Below are positions 25,500 to 38,700 of a stretch of DNA of 64,000 nt, in pieces. This stretch comes from Puccinia triticina (taxonomy: Eukaryota): positions 6,696,001-6,760,000 of the forward strand of contig CP110439.1 of assembly GCA_026914245.1 (NCBI GenBank), read 5' to 3'. The notes below the pieces were generated by a model. That model was given only the letters and a program-made list of their open reading frames with translations, was not told where the DNA came from and searched no databases. Numbering within the stretch: position 1 is the stretch's first letter; each line of letters begins with the position of its first letter. A program made the translations under genes and the position numbers.

Positions 25500-26072
25500 C
25501 CGGTCATCAAGAGGAGATGTGAGTCCCCTTGATGACCGGCAAAGACCGGTCATCAAGAGGAGATGTGAGTCCCCTCAATGACCGGCACAGACCGGTCATT
25601 GAGAGATGCGAGTCCCCTCAATGACCGGCAGAGACCGGTCATTGAGAGGAGATGTGAGTCCCCTTGATGACCGGCAGAGACCGGTCATCAAGAGGAGATG
25701 TGAGTCCCCTCAATGACCGGCACAGACCGGTCATTGAGAGGAGATGTGAGTCCCCTCAATGACCGGCACAGACCGGTCATTGAGAGGAGATGTGAGTCCC
25801 CTTGATGACTGGCAAAGACCAATCATCAAGAGATGTGAGTCCCCTTGATGACCGGCAAATACCAATCATCAAGAGATGTGAGTCCCCTTGATGACCGGTC
25901 TGACCGGTCATCCAGAGATGTGAGTCACCTTGATGACCGGCAAAGACCGGTCATCAAGCGGAGATGTGTCCTTTCAATGACCGGCAAAGGCCGGTCATGG
26001 AGAGATGTGAGTCCCGATGACCGGTACAGACCGGTCATTGAGCAGAGATGTGAGTCCCCTTGATGACCGGTC
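25500..26072. repeat. Right part of the 45-bp palindromic tandem array
   Basis: Same unit as 12046-12283, with about 13 copies. Confidence 0.92.
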
Positions 26073-29000
26073 CAGATTGGTCATAGACATAACTGTACTG
26101 CATATGTACTGACAACGGAGTCCCCTCTTTACCCTTGAGCTGACCTGTGACCACTCGGACGAGTGTGTACAGGCCAGCATTGTGTCTGCCCAGGCGCAGG
26201 GCCCTGGCAACCACAGTTGAGGTGCTCAGGGTGCAAAGCATGAGAACCCAGGTCTTGTGCAGCTGGTTCAGATACTTAAAGGGTGTGAGAGAAGCTGTTT
26301 GCCCCTCTTTGCCCCACCCCCTCCCTGGAGCCCACCAATCACTTGATTAGGGCCTCCTTGATTACATTTTTGACCGACCTTTTTTTGCCTGTTGCTCCGG
26401 GACGGGCTGGAGGGTCAATCCGAGGTGCCTTCCGGGGTGTTTGGGGATTAATTCAAACTTTTATGGGATTTTTGCTAATGAGCAGAGGCAAAAACTTTGA
26501 TCTTGCCTTCTGTGTTTCTGTGATTTTAATAAACTTGGATTAATTACATAATTAATCCTTCCTCTGTTACAGAGTGCTTAAACCCTTGTAGTGGCCATAT
26601 TTACCACGTAACAAGTTTGGTAATTCAAATTACCAGTGTTTACATCAGCACAGTTATAGTGCTAGGGCCCAAAACCCTTATGTTGAAGGGTTATTAGCCC
26701 TAAGCTTCATAAACAGAGCTGTCAAATACTTACAACAAGCAGGTGCTGTTGACCACTTCAAGAAAATTGGGCCCACTTTGCAGTTGACTTGGGCACTGTT
26801 GAGTGTTTTGGTAGATGGGTGTTTGAGGGGTGTGGGTGTGGTAGTGGGGGTGTCAGCCGGCGTCTCTAGTGCGACAGTTGGTTGATGATGTGAGAGATCC
26901 AAAGCCGGTGTTCTGACAGTGATTTGGATATTTATTGTGAACTGGCAATCTTGAGACAGTGATTTGAGTATGTATCTGAAGATGAGGAGGAAAGTAGATA
27001 TGATGTTGTCTTGTCTTGGATTTCTGGGTAACATAGAAATGAACAAGGTACAACTAATATAGAGATGATGAATTGACTAACTCTATACAAGCATATTATG
27101 ACCATAATGAAGTAAAGGTAGAGTAACTGGGGAGATAACTATTGTAGACTGTGTAGAAAATATAACATTAACTTGCTGGAGGTATGTTGTATTTACTTGC
27201 AGGCTGACATTTGCTACCACCAAAAAAAACAGGAAAAAAAAAGAATGGATGTAAAAAAATAGGGGGAAAAAGAAGATCCCTATCATGTCTTGTGAAGCGA
27301 AAATAAGAGCCAGCGGTCCTTGTACCAATACCACTGAAAGTGCTTTGAAGTCTTCAATATTTGTGCTGGTAGATTCTTTATCAAAGGGGGCGGTGATCCT
27401 TCCACCTTAATTGTAGCCCATCCAGAGAAATCAGCGCGCAAAGTTGATTTCTGACAGTCTGGGTCGCATTTCTTCATGGCAGTGTAGCAGGCTGTTTGAC
27501 CCTTTTCATCCCACTTCCATAAGCCGGTGTTCCCTCTCTTAATCAGCTTGTACGCTCGCCTCCTAACAGTATCTGCTGAGCATTTGAATCAATCGGGTTG
27601 AAACCAGTAATATGAATCTAGTCGCTTGTCTGAAGGGAGACACAGCCCTTGAAACTCGGATTTGACAACTTTGCGCAATCAAGCCCCTTTGTGAACTTAG
27701 CACCAGTCCCTTGCCTGCAGGGGGGCAGGGGCGCGAAGCGCCTCGCACGAAGTGCGACCTCCCGTCAGGGAGGGACTTGCGTGCAATCCACGATTCCTGG
27801 CATGAGAGCCCCGTGTGCAGTTGGTGTTTTTTGATGGTGGCCAACTTTGTGCCCCCAAATCCCCCACTTCCCAGAGGGAATGTTGCCCGCCTCTTGAACC
27901 GGTGAAAGACCTGCATCTCCTCTTCAAATTGGTGGTAGGCCTGCCACCATTGCCCTCCTCCCATGAGCTGGAGATTGGCTCAAAGGAGCTCACTTTCCAA
28001 GAATCCTTGGAGATGACTAATAGAGTTGTACAGTTCTGTACAGTAAATCTCACTCCCTACACGGCCACTTTTCCTCCATGATTGGAAATTTCAACCGGGA
28101 GGATCGGGCCTTATATTGGGAGCTACAAGGCTCAAATTGCATCAAAAGAAGCGCAATGCCGAGCACTCCTTAAGTCCCGAGGGGCGACTTCAACAGATGA
28201 ACGGTTGATTTTTAAAAAAGGAAAATGTGAAAAAAGCCTAATACAGGTGGATATTCCTGGGGCTCTCAGACCAGGTACAGGTTTTTCCAGGTAAGCCTCT
28301 CTGTGAGACAGAGACCCTGCGGGGCTCTCACAGTGAGGCTTTGTTAAGCTTGGCCCCTTTGGGGAACAAGCGGAACGGTTCTACAGTGATCTTGGCAGCA
28401 GCCGGGATTGAGGTCGTATTCTGAACATGATTGGCACTCGCGGTTGGTCGTAGAGCTGATGGCTGGGAAGAGCTGACTTTTTTCAAGTTAGGCACCAATT
28501 GGCATGCGGCAGTCGACTTGTCTCCCGCTGTTGGCTTTGATATGGTCATCAGTTGAGTTTTGGGTTTAGCTACCAATCGAGTGGATGGAGCAAGATTGAT
28601 GCTCTGTGTCTGTCCGCGAAGGGAAGGCCTCCCAAGCGTATTTCCAATGTGTTCGACGTTCGACGTGTCTACAACATTGATCAAATGCCGCATCACCTTG
28701 TACGAGCGGCTGCCAAGAGTTCTAGAATCACGATTTGTGTCAGCCGGCTACGCAGCGCAAGCCAGCGTAACACTTGTATAAATAATTATAAATGATATTT
28801 AGAATTTTTTGTGACAGACAACTAGTTGATCTGTCACTTATAATATAAAGATATAAATACATATAAGTTTAATCTGAAAAGTAGTGAATATTTGAAATAT
28901 AGTCAGGGTGAATATTAAACTACACCCGTGCGCGTGAGCTACATACAAAAATGTCAATGACATCCAGTTGACAGGTGTCACTTATAATATTGTGTCTGAG

Positions 29001-29881
29001 AAATAATATTCTCCAGACAAAATAAGGCCTTATCCGAGTTCGAGTGCGATAAACCAAGTTCTAGAGAGATAAGCCGATAGACCTCGATAACCAACCGCCC
29101 CATCCGAACTCGAGAAAGATAAACTGACAGAAAAGCAACAACCCCATCAAGAATTGAATGTCATCGAGAAATACTGTCCGCCCCAGCCCGCGAAGACATT
29201 CGAGTGAAATAGTATCCCCATCGAATCCAGATAAGGAAAGAATATTTAAGGAGGTCTGTTCAACCTCATTTCATTTTTTCCTCAGCTTAAGACAACCCAC
29301 CAATATTCTAATACCAGTATCTCATCGATTTCCTCCAGCTTTCGATCGATCTCGTCTTCGAACATTCGCCGTCTCTAGCCTTCCGTAAATTCTCGATCAT
29401 CTCTCGCAGCGATAACAGATTGGTTCCTTATTATAAGTAAGTAAGAAACCATTTCTCTTTATTGCCGGTATTTCCTTTTAACTGTAAGACTGGGAATATA
29501 ACTACACCTGCTAGCAGGCCCCAGCTATTATCTTAGGAGGGATCTAAACAACCCCTGTTTGCAGGCCCCTCCTTTAAAAATATATATTTCTTTTATTTAT
29601 TCCAAACAAAACAACCTCAAAAACCTACCCTTTTATTCGCTATCACCCGGTGTAGCTAGAAGAAAGCTGTTCTTGGCATCACCAAGGCTGACAACTGGGG
29701 GTCTGGCCGGGAACGATCCTCGTAATCCTCATATTACTCGGCTCCTATCATACTCTTCTATATATAAAAAACCAAACCAACAAAAAATTATTCTAATTCA
29801 TTTCTTATCTTTCTAATTCTATCGAAATAACATAAAAAATATAAAAATATTGAATTATTCTTTTATATCTATTTCTTCTAG

Positions 29882-30985
29882 TGAACCTAAAAGAAAACGC
29901 CAAACTGATCGCGTATTACCTTCAATATCTCAGGTTACGCAAAGAAGAAGCAGAACGCAATTACGTTCCTACTGCTTGGGAGTCTCTCACAAAAGAGGAA
30001 CAAATCCAACTTGCGGTCTACCACGCGCACATACACGAGCAAGAAGACATTGAAGCTCGACTAGCTATCAACGGACTAGTTCGCAATCACCGCGCTTATC
30101 ACCGCGAACAAAGGAGACTTAGAAGAAGTAAGCTCTATTCTTTTAAGTTTACTTATATCGAACTAACATTCTAATCTCTTTTTCTATTATTAAGTGGCTT
30201 CCGATAGCGAATCTATCCGCACCGCAGTCGGCGATATTGCTGCTACTCCTGGTATTGATATCGCTACTGAAAAAGAAGTTGATCCCGTTATAAGTTAGTC
30301 ATCCTTTCTGAATAACCATATATAAACAGAAAGACTTATAGATAACTAATCAAAATGACTGTACCTACCAGATCAAACAAACCCGAACTCAGCGGACTCC
30401 TCCCCTATCCAACAAGACAGAGAGGAAGAAATGCTCCAAGAGCGCATCAAGAACATGAAATTCAAACAGTTGAATCGAAAGGACGCACCACCTCCGATCC
30501 CGGAGAAGGATTCGTCGAAGGATTCGGCGATGGATCTGGACATACCCCCGTCCACATCCTCGGCGGCTATCCCGGCACCCCCTACCACAAATGGTACTCC
30601 GGCGCTCCCAGCCGCGCCCAAAACATCCTCACCATTGGAGAAGGAGAAAGCGGTACGCCTGGTCAGAGAGCATATCGCTATCTGGAAGAAATGTCTTGAG
30701 GAAGGATTACTCGGAGCGACCCCGAACCTCCGAGCCCTCTTAACTCAAGCGCAAGAAAGCCAAAAGGCACTCCAGAAGATTATGCCGAACAACGAGATCG
30801 AAGCTTTCGTCAAAGGGTGGAACCCTTGGACCGAGAAGAAGAAGTACTTCCCAGCTCCTCCCAAGGAAGAAAGATTTGGCAAACGCCGCAGCTCGACTTC
30901 GATCAACTTTGAGAATCCTCACAAATGGAAGAAGGTATCGGACATGCTCAAGATAGCCGAAGGGTTGTACAAGAACATAAACTAA
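29882..30985 (+). CDS. Putative spliced accessory protein (about 319 aa) upstream of gag
   Basis: Exons 29882-30127, 30195-30293 and 30372-30985 join in frame across two short introns with canonical donor, branch and acceptor motifs. Confidence 0.65.
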
Positions 30986-31159
30986 GTAATAGTATTGTTA
31001 CTACATTGTTAGATTCTTTAGATGTTGTCAACTTAAATATTTCTACCTTAGATGCTAATAGTGAATCAAATTTAAAAACCATTGTAAACAAATTTGATTC
31101 ATTGTTATCTGATCTTAAAAAAGAATTCAATACTAATTCTTCTGAGATATTAAATTGTA

Positions 31160-34100
31160 CTAGAGGCCAAGGCGGCTCCGCCGCTGCAGGGATTTTAACA
31201 CTAAGACCAAGCTATTCTTTTGGAGGAAAATTTGAGTTGGGGGACAGACAAAGGTGATAGGAAGGGCAATGTTTGATTAATTTTATGCAAGTGTTGATGA
31301 TTAATGCATGTTTGTCATTGATATATGGCAAGGGACATAAGGTCATAATGTAAACTCTTTTGACACCCAATCAGTTTTTGGTGGACTTGATTGGTTGGTA
31401 GCAGGATTTCATGTACAGTGGGTCATCTAATCTTTTTGGCACTGCATTTTTCATTACAGAAGCTCAGGCAACAGACCTGAATTCATGGATTTGGCTACAG
31501 GGGTGGAAAGTAAGTTCCCAAGAATGATTATGACAGAAAAAAAATGAAAGTGAAAAATATGAAAAGTGTGAAAATTTTCCAATTTTGCGCAAATTTCTCA
31601 GAATCTTTACTATTTCTCAAACTAAGGAGAGAAAATTACAGAGAACAGTATTGCATGTGACAGGAATGATAAAGAATGAAAAAACTGAGACCCTCGACGA
31701 CCAGCTCGGCCAGACATTTGGATGTATTCACCCGAGCTCAAACTCCTGAAGTCTTTCCCATCAAACTTACGGACGGTAGTGAAGACAACGGTCTTGGCGG
31801 GCATGTTTAAGCCGATCGAGAAGGTTTCCGTGGCAAATAAGACTTTAATCAGCCCTTCTTGGAACAAGATCTCGATGACCTCCTTGAGGATCGGCAGTAG
31901 ACCACCGTGATGGATTCCAATCCCCCGTTTCAAAAGTGGCAAGATGTGCTTGATCTGTGGCAAGCCTTGATCGTCTTCAGACAAGTTGGAGATCGCGTTC
32001 TTGAAAACCGTGTCGACGGTTTCCTTCTCTTCTTCGGAGTTGAATTCTAACTTGGACATCTGGATTGCTAGTGCCTCACACTCTCTCTTCGAAAATGCGA
32101 AGACGATGACCGGATTATAGTTCTTGACCATGATCATCTTGATGATCTTGTAAATATCGGAGGGGCCTTTGGTCGAGTTACCGCCTTTCTTAGTCTTGCC
32201 CTGCTTGTTTCGACCGGACATCGAGCTCGCAGGATCTTCGCCTCTCGAATCATTCAAGGATCCCATCGCTTTTAAGAAGTTATCCTCTCGAAATACGCCC
32301 TTCTCGTCGACGACCAAATGGATTCCGTCGCCGCCAGATGGGAATAAATAGTGCTGTAGTGGGGTTGGTCGGAAATTGGTGTAAACCACATGACAAGGTC
32401 GATCGTGGGTATGGCAAATCCATTCGGCAAACTGCATCGCGTTAGGTATTGTTGCCGATAGAAATACATATCGAACCGAGTGGGGCAATAGAATGATGGT
32501 CTCCTCCCAAACAACTCCTCTTTCTGATATGACATAAAAAACCCCGAACATAGATTAACTTTCTTGAATGCTGGTGGAGAGAAGAGTGATCTTTGGGGCA
32601 TGATTTGGCCCAAGTTGAACGAGAAGAGGGATGGCTGATTACCCTTATCGCGCATATAATGAATTTCGTCAAAGATGACCCAAGCCACTTCTCTCATTAC
32701 TTCTGAGCCACGATACAACATCGACCGTAAAATCTGTTTTGGATGAGTAACAGAAGGACGCAATAATCAGGATAAACCGGTGCATTTTTTCTAGCTTATT
32801 TGGTTCGTCTGAGGGTGCGCTTTGTGCTGACCTCTGTTGTCATGACTAGACATGATGCACTTGGGTTGATTGTCACGTCCCCGGTCATCAAACCCACGTC
32901 CCCAAACTCGGCCATCAATTCTCGATACTTTTGATTACTAAGAGCCTACAAAACAAGATGAATTTCAAGCAATGGGAGAAAGTGATTAAGAGGGAAGAAA
33001 GATGGCGGACCTTGATAGGAGAAGTGTAGATGACTCTCTGTTTGTTTTCAAGACATTGAGCGATAGCATACTCGGCAACAACGGTCTTCCCAGCGCTAGT
33101 ATGGGCTGAGACGAGTACGCTCTCGTTACGTTGGATTGAAGTGGTCGAGACTTGTTGGAAAGGGTCGAGTGTGAAGGGATATGTCCTAGCTGGTTTACTT
33201 GGGGGGCGATGGGCTGAGATAGGGATGTAGTTGTAGTTGGGTGGGAGGGCTACTTGGTGACGAACTTGGTGGGAGAGGGTGAGTTGTTGGGGCTTCTCTT
33301 CTCCTGAGCCCGACTGCTCGGGCAGGAGTCCGCTACTGGCATCGATCTGTCGGGCAGCGTCTGTCTGGAATTCGTCCGCTACTAGCACTGGCTGTTGGCT
33401 TGGGATCTTGGTGCGGTCTTCGGACTGCATCTGATCTGATGGTGAGCTGACCCGCGTCCGTTTCGGAGATGAGCTGGTCGGCTGGGTCGGAATGGTTGTT
33501 GGTTGCAGCCGTTTCTTGCTGTTAGTCTTCTCCTGGGTTGGTTCCATTGCTGCTCGTGCTCGTGCACGTGCTCGTGCTGCTGAGGAAGTGCTGCTTGTTG
33601 ACCATTAGGGCTGGTCTTACCTGATGTTGAGGTCGATGGGCAGAGAGTGTTGAAGATGACAACGAGGCAAAGGGCTAGCTGGGTTGTGATGTCTTTGCAA
33701 CTATCGCGATTCGCGACCTATGAAAATAAAGTTTCCGGTCAGGGCGCAATAGGGTGCAATTCAGGGGAATATGTAGGAAGACGAGGCGAGGGGGAAGGGT
33801 CCAAATATGGCCGAGTTTGATCTGGATAGGTTGCGTGCAACAAGACCATTGTAGTTGACAACAAGGCTTGGGTGGGGGCGTTTGCAACACGTCTGACAAG
33901 AGTTGGGTGGCAACCCGGCGTCTATTTAAGAGGGGAGGGGGAGGTGTGTTTCTCCCCAGGGGATCCGGTTCCGTCCTACCCCCTCCCTGGAGCTGCCCTA
34001 ATCAATTGATTAGGCCCTCCTTGAAATCCAATTTGACCGGCCCACTTTTGCTTGTTGCTGCAGCACAAGCTGGAGGGTCAATCCGAGGTGCCCCCCGGGG

Positions 34101-34203
34101 TATTTGGGGATTATTTTCAACCTGTAATATGTCTTTTGCTAATGAACATAGGCAAAACCCATGATCTTGCCTTCCATGATTCTGTGGATTTAATAAACTT
34201 GGA
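31160..34203 (-). mobile_element. Non-autonomous Helitron (3044 bp) carrying an MTR4 fragment
   Basis: It has an A|TCCAAG 5' end and a hairpin + CTAG|T 3' end. It is inserted at an AT dinucleotide with no TSD, and precise removal restores gag. Confidence 0.92.
31690..33547 (-). pseudogene. MTR4: 5' half of the Ski2-like RNA helicase Mtr4/Dob1, with introns
   Basis: Motifs include [62 protein letters not shown] and [12 protein letters not shown]. There are three introns (32946-33010, about 32734-32831, about 32524-32642). Similarity stops right after motif VI. Confidence 0.92.
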
Positions 34204-35717
34204 TTGAAAAACCTTTGCCCATCGAGTTCCAACCCCAACATTTGGAGATATTTAAAAGATTGCTCAGAGAAACTGAGGATCTTAAGAAAATATCTACTAA
34301 TACTGATGGTATTGTAAATAAAATATCACTAAGTATTAAGGAAAATGGAAAAGATTATTCATATGAATTGTTGAGTAAAATTGAATCAATGATATCTTCT
34401 CATTCTGACTATGTAATATCTTCATTGAAACAAGATATTATCATAAACCAAAAGAAAAATGCAGATGCTTTGGATGATATCAAAGATCTCTTAATACAAC
34501 AAGGATCCCGTATGAATAATGTTGAGAATTTAGCTGAAGCCATGCACAAACAAGTTGATCAAGTCCAAATTGAATTGAAACAATTCAAATTAAATACAGA
34601 GAAAGCTTTTGCAGAGAAACCTGAACCTGTATTTACTCCAAAACCTGAACAATACACTCATAAATTTAATAATCCTTTTATGCGTGATTCTGCTCCCCAC
34701 AAAGCTCAGGATAATAAATCTGGAAATCAAACTGAGGGAGAGATACCTACAGGGCGTAATAATGGCTCACCACCTAATAATGGTCCACGTTACGCTAATA
34801 GTTTCAGAACTATGGATAATGCTGCTATAAATAAATTACTTCCTCCTATAAAAGATTGGCCCAAGTTCACAGGTCAAGGTGACTATGATCATATCAATTT
34901 TATCAGATATATAGATCATATGTTGAAATCTTATAGAGCAGATGATGAAATAGCAGTAGTGAGATTACCCAGATTATTTGAAGGTGTTGCTCTAGACTGG
35001 TTTGTTAATAAACAAGAAGAAGTTGGAGATCAAACTTGGGAAACTTGGAAAGAATTGATCAAAGCCAGGTTTGGCACTAGAAATTGGAGAAATGGAGTGA
35101 GATTAGCTCTAGATAATGATTTCTTTGACCCTGGACATAATATTCCTCATGAATGGTGCTTAATTCAGAAAAGAAGAATAGATGCTATACATCCTTCTGC
35201 TACATTACAAGAAAGGAATGATAGGATGCTTAATCAACTGAAATATACCATACAACATCCTATGAGATGTAGGTTGGGCGACAGATGTGTTGATCTAGCT
35301 GAATTCATTACTACCTTGGAAGAAGTAGTAGAACATATGGGTTTTAATAAGAAATCTAGACATACTCTAAGAGAAAAGATGATTTCTTCTCAAGAAGTAC
35401 CTAGAGAAGATAAAGCTACTCCAGCTAAAGAGCAGGTTAGAAAACCACCACCTCAGCCAGAATGTTACAATTGTGGAGAGTTAGGACATAAAAGACCTGA
35501 TTGTCCCAAACCCCGTAAAAAGATCATGAATGTAGAAGGAGCTGAAGTTAATACCTCAGACTCAGAAGAATCTGATAAGAGCTCAGGAATAAATCTGGTT
35601 ATTAATGATGAGGAACCAGATTATAAAACTCTTGTTATTCAAGCTGATATAGGTAATGAACTTCATATCAATACCATTCATGGAGATTCTCATCTTACGC
35701 AGAAATGACACCCTAGT

Positions 35718-38700
35718 ATGGGAGTAGGACATGTCACAGATGCTAAGATTTTAACAAATAAACCTGAGCAAGGTAAGAACTATACTTTAGGTAAATCCAG
35801 CTACACTACTGTTCTTTTTGCTGAAACTGAGGTAAAAGCTTTACTTGACATTGGGGCTTTCTGTTCATGTACTAGCCAATCCTTCTTAGATAAATGTTAT
35901 TCTGAATGGAGAGAACACTTATTGCCTGTACCAAAAGCCAAATTCAGCAGTTGTAACTCAAACATGCATCCTATAGGAATAGTTTCTATGCCTCTAATAT
36001 TCCCTCACACTAAAGGATCAGTGAGACTTATTGTTGAATTTGTAGTATTGCAGGATGCTTTATGTGATTATCTTATTCTAGGAAATGATACATTTTGTAT
36101 GTACGGATTTGATATTTTCCAAAGTAAAGATAGGCATTATACTATAGGTGGTGATTGGAAGAGAAAGTTCCAAATTTGTAATATTAATTCTATTATAAGT
36201 GATCCAGTTACTAAAATGGATCCTGAAATACAGAAACAAATGTTATGTTTTAAAGCAGATTATTTAAATCAAGCAGCTGTTAATAATGAACTTAGTGACA
36301 GTCAGAAAATGGATATTTTGAAAATATGCTTTGATAATAAACAAGCATTTTGTACTTCAGATGAACCTATTGGAGATATCAAAGGCCATGATATGAGCAT
36401 AGAATTAACTGTACAAACACCTTATCCCCCTATGTTAAGGAAAGCAGCTTATCCCTCAAGTCCTAAATCCAGAGAAGCTCTTGAGAATCATATCAATGAA
36501 CTACTAGATCTCAGAGTTATCAGAAAAGTTGGTCATAATGAACAAGTAGAAATGACTACACCAGTTATGATAGCTTGGCATAATGATAAGTCTAGGATGG
36601 TAGGTGATTTTAGAGCCTTGAATACTTATACTAAAGCAGATCATTACCCTATACCGAGAATTGAACATGCTTTGCAAAACTTATCTAAAGCAAAATACAT
36701 TACTACAATGGATGTTTTGAAAGGATTTCATCAAATACCTATAGAAGAAGAAAGTCGTAAGTTTCTCAGAATAATTTGCCATCTGGGAGTATTTGAATAT
36801 CTCCGTACGCCCTTTGGTATTAAGAATTCTCCCTCTCACTTTCAAAGGATGATGGATTCTATATTTGGCCAATATATCAGACAGGGATGGATGATGGTAT
36901 ATATAGATGATATTATAATTTATTCTGATGACTGGGATGATCACAAAGAAAAGGTAAGAATGATCTTAGAAAAATCCATTGAAGTAGGATTAAAAATGTC
37001 CATAAAAAAATGTAACTTTGGATATGGGGAGCTCAAAGCCCTAGGACGTATAGTGTCTGGTCTTATGTTAGCAGTAGATCAACACAAAGTGGCTGCAGTA
37101 TTACTAAATCCCATGCCAAGTAATAAAAAAGAAATGATGTCTTTTCTGGGATTTTGTAGTTATTATAGGCAATTTGTTCCACAGTTCTCTAATATTACCA
37201 AGTGTTTGTATGCAGTTTGTAATGAGGATACAATATTTGAAATGACCTATGAGAGAGTGCAGGCTTATGAACAGTTGAAGAAACTATTGACTAGTGCGCC
37301 AGTATTAGCTCAACCTGATTATACTAAACCATTTATATTGTACATTGATGCTTGCTTAGATGGGTTAGGAGCAGCTCTTCATCAAGAATTTCTTATAGAT
37401 GATCAGGTTGTTGAGAAAACTATCCTTTTCATATCTAGACAAATTAAAGATTCTGAAAGGAGGTATGGGGCTAGTCAAATGGAATGTTTAGCACTAGTTT
37501 GGGCTCTCGAAAAATTGCATTACTACCTTGAAGGTTCTAACTTTGTAGTAATCTCGGATTGTATGGCTGTTAAGACTCTAATGAACATGAAGACTCCTAA
37601 TCGTCATATGTTGAGGTGGCAAATTGCAATACAGCAATACCGTGGTCATATGACTATAATTCATAAGGAAGGTAAGAAACATAAAAATGCTGACGGATTA
37701 AGTAGATGGGCTTTACCAAATACTCCGGATAATCCTGCGTATGATCCTGATGATGAAGATATTTTTCCCATATTAGGTATTCATGTGTGTGATTTGGATG
37801 AGGCTTTTTATGACTTAGTCCGTAACAGTTATGATCAAGACTCAAACCTGTTAACACTGGTAGAGATCTTAAAAAATGATAATTGTCCCCCTGAGTTGAT
37901 TTCTAGCTTACGATCTGAATTACTGGTAGATTATAAGTTAGGAAAATTTACTCTGTTGGATGGATTACTGTATTATAGAAATAAACACTCTAGTGTACTA
38001 GTACTCTGTGACAAAAATCAAATAGTTGATATACTAAAGGAGTGTCATGATAGTATAACTTCTGGGCATTTTTCAGAAGATAGAACACTAGAAAGAATTC
38101 GTAATACAGCTTGGTGGATCAATTGGAAGAAAGAAGCCCAAACTTATATAAAATCTTGTGACATCTGCCAAAAAGCTAATAAGCAGACAGGAAAAAGATT
38201 TGGCCTTCTACAAAAAATTGCTGAACCTAAATCCCAATGGGAAATTATTAATATGGATTTTGTAACTGGTCTCCCTCCTGCTGGAGCTTATTCATATAAT
38301 TCTGTATTAGTAATAGTAGACCGTTTCTCTAAGAGAGCACGTTTTATACCTAACCATAAGGATGACACAGCTATGGAAATTGCTATGTTGTTCTGGAATA
38401 GAATCATGTCTGATGTAGGCATTCCTAAAATTATTATTAGTGATAGGGATCCAAAATTTACATCTGAATTTTGGCGCAACTTGCATGACATGTTAGGGAC
38501 AAAACTTGCTTTTTCTACGGCTTATCACCCTCAGACTGATGGATTAGCAGAGAGAATGATTCAAACTTTAGAAGATATGCTCCGCAGATTCTGTTCATTT
38601 GGTTTTGAATTTAAAAATCAAGATGGTTATACACATTATTGGGTTAACCTTCTCCCTGCTTTAGAAGTTGCATATAACAGTAGCAAACACTCCACAACTA

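Larger units (their letters stand above)
10755..26539 (-). mobile_element. Helitron-bounded interval hosting the tandem array and the nested LTR element
   Basis: A 3' hairpin + CTAG lies at 10755 and a 5' end A|TCCAAGTTTATTAAAA at 26539. Bases 26320-26539 resemble the 5' end of the Helitron at 33980-34203. Pairing of these two ends is inferred. Confidence 0.5.
30925..35708 (+). pseudogene. gag interrupted by a Helitron (30925-31159 joined to 34204-35708)
   Basis: Joining the flanks gives ...SEILNC-IEKPLPIEFQPQH... in frame. Capsid-like motifs (WPKFTG, ALDWF) and a CCHC knuckle (CYNCGELGHKRPDC) are present. Confidence 0.9.

Noticed and set aside
25500..26072. CRISPR-like array of palindromic repeats
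   Set aside because: The units are contiguous with no unique spacers, there are no cas genes, and the context is eukaryotic. It is a minisatellite.
31622..33547. The functional host MTR4 gene
   Set aside because: It is truncated after motif VI and enclosed by Helitron termini inside gag.
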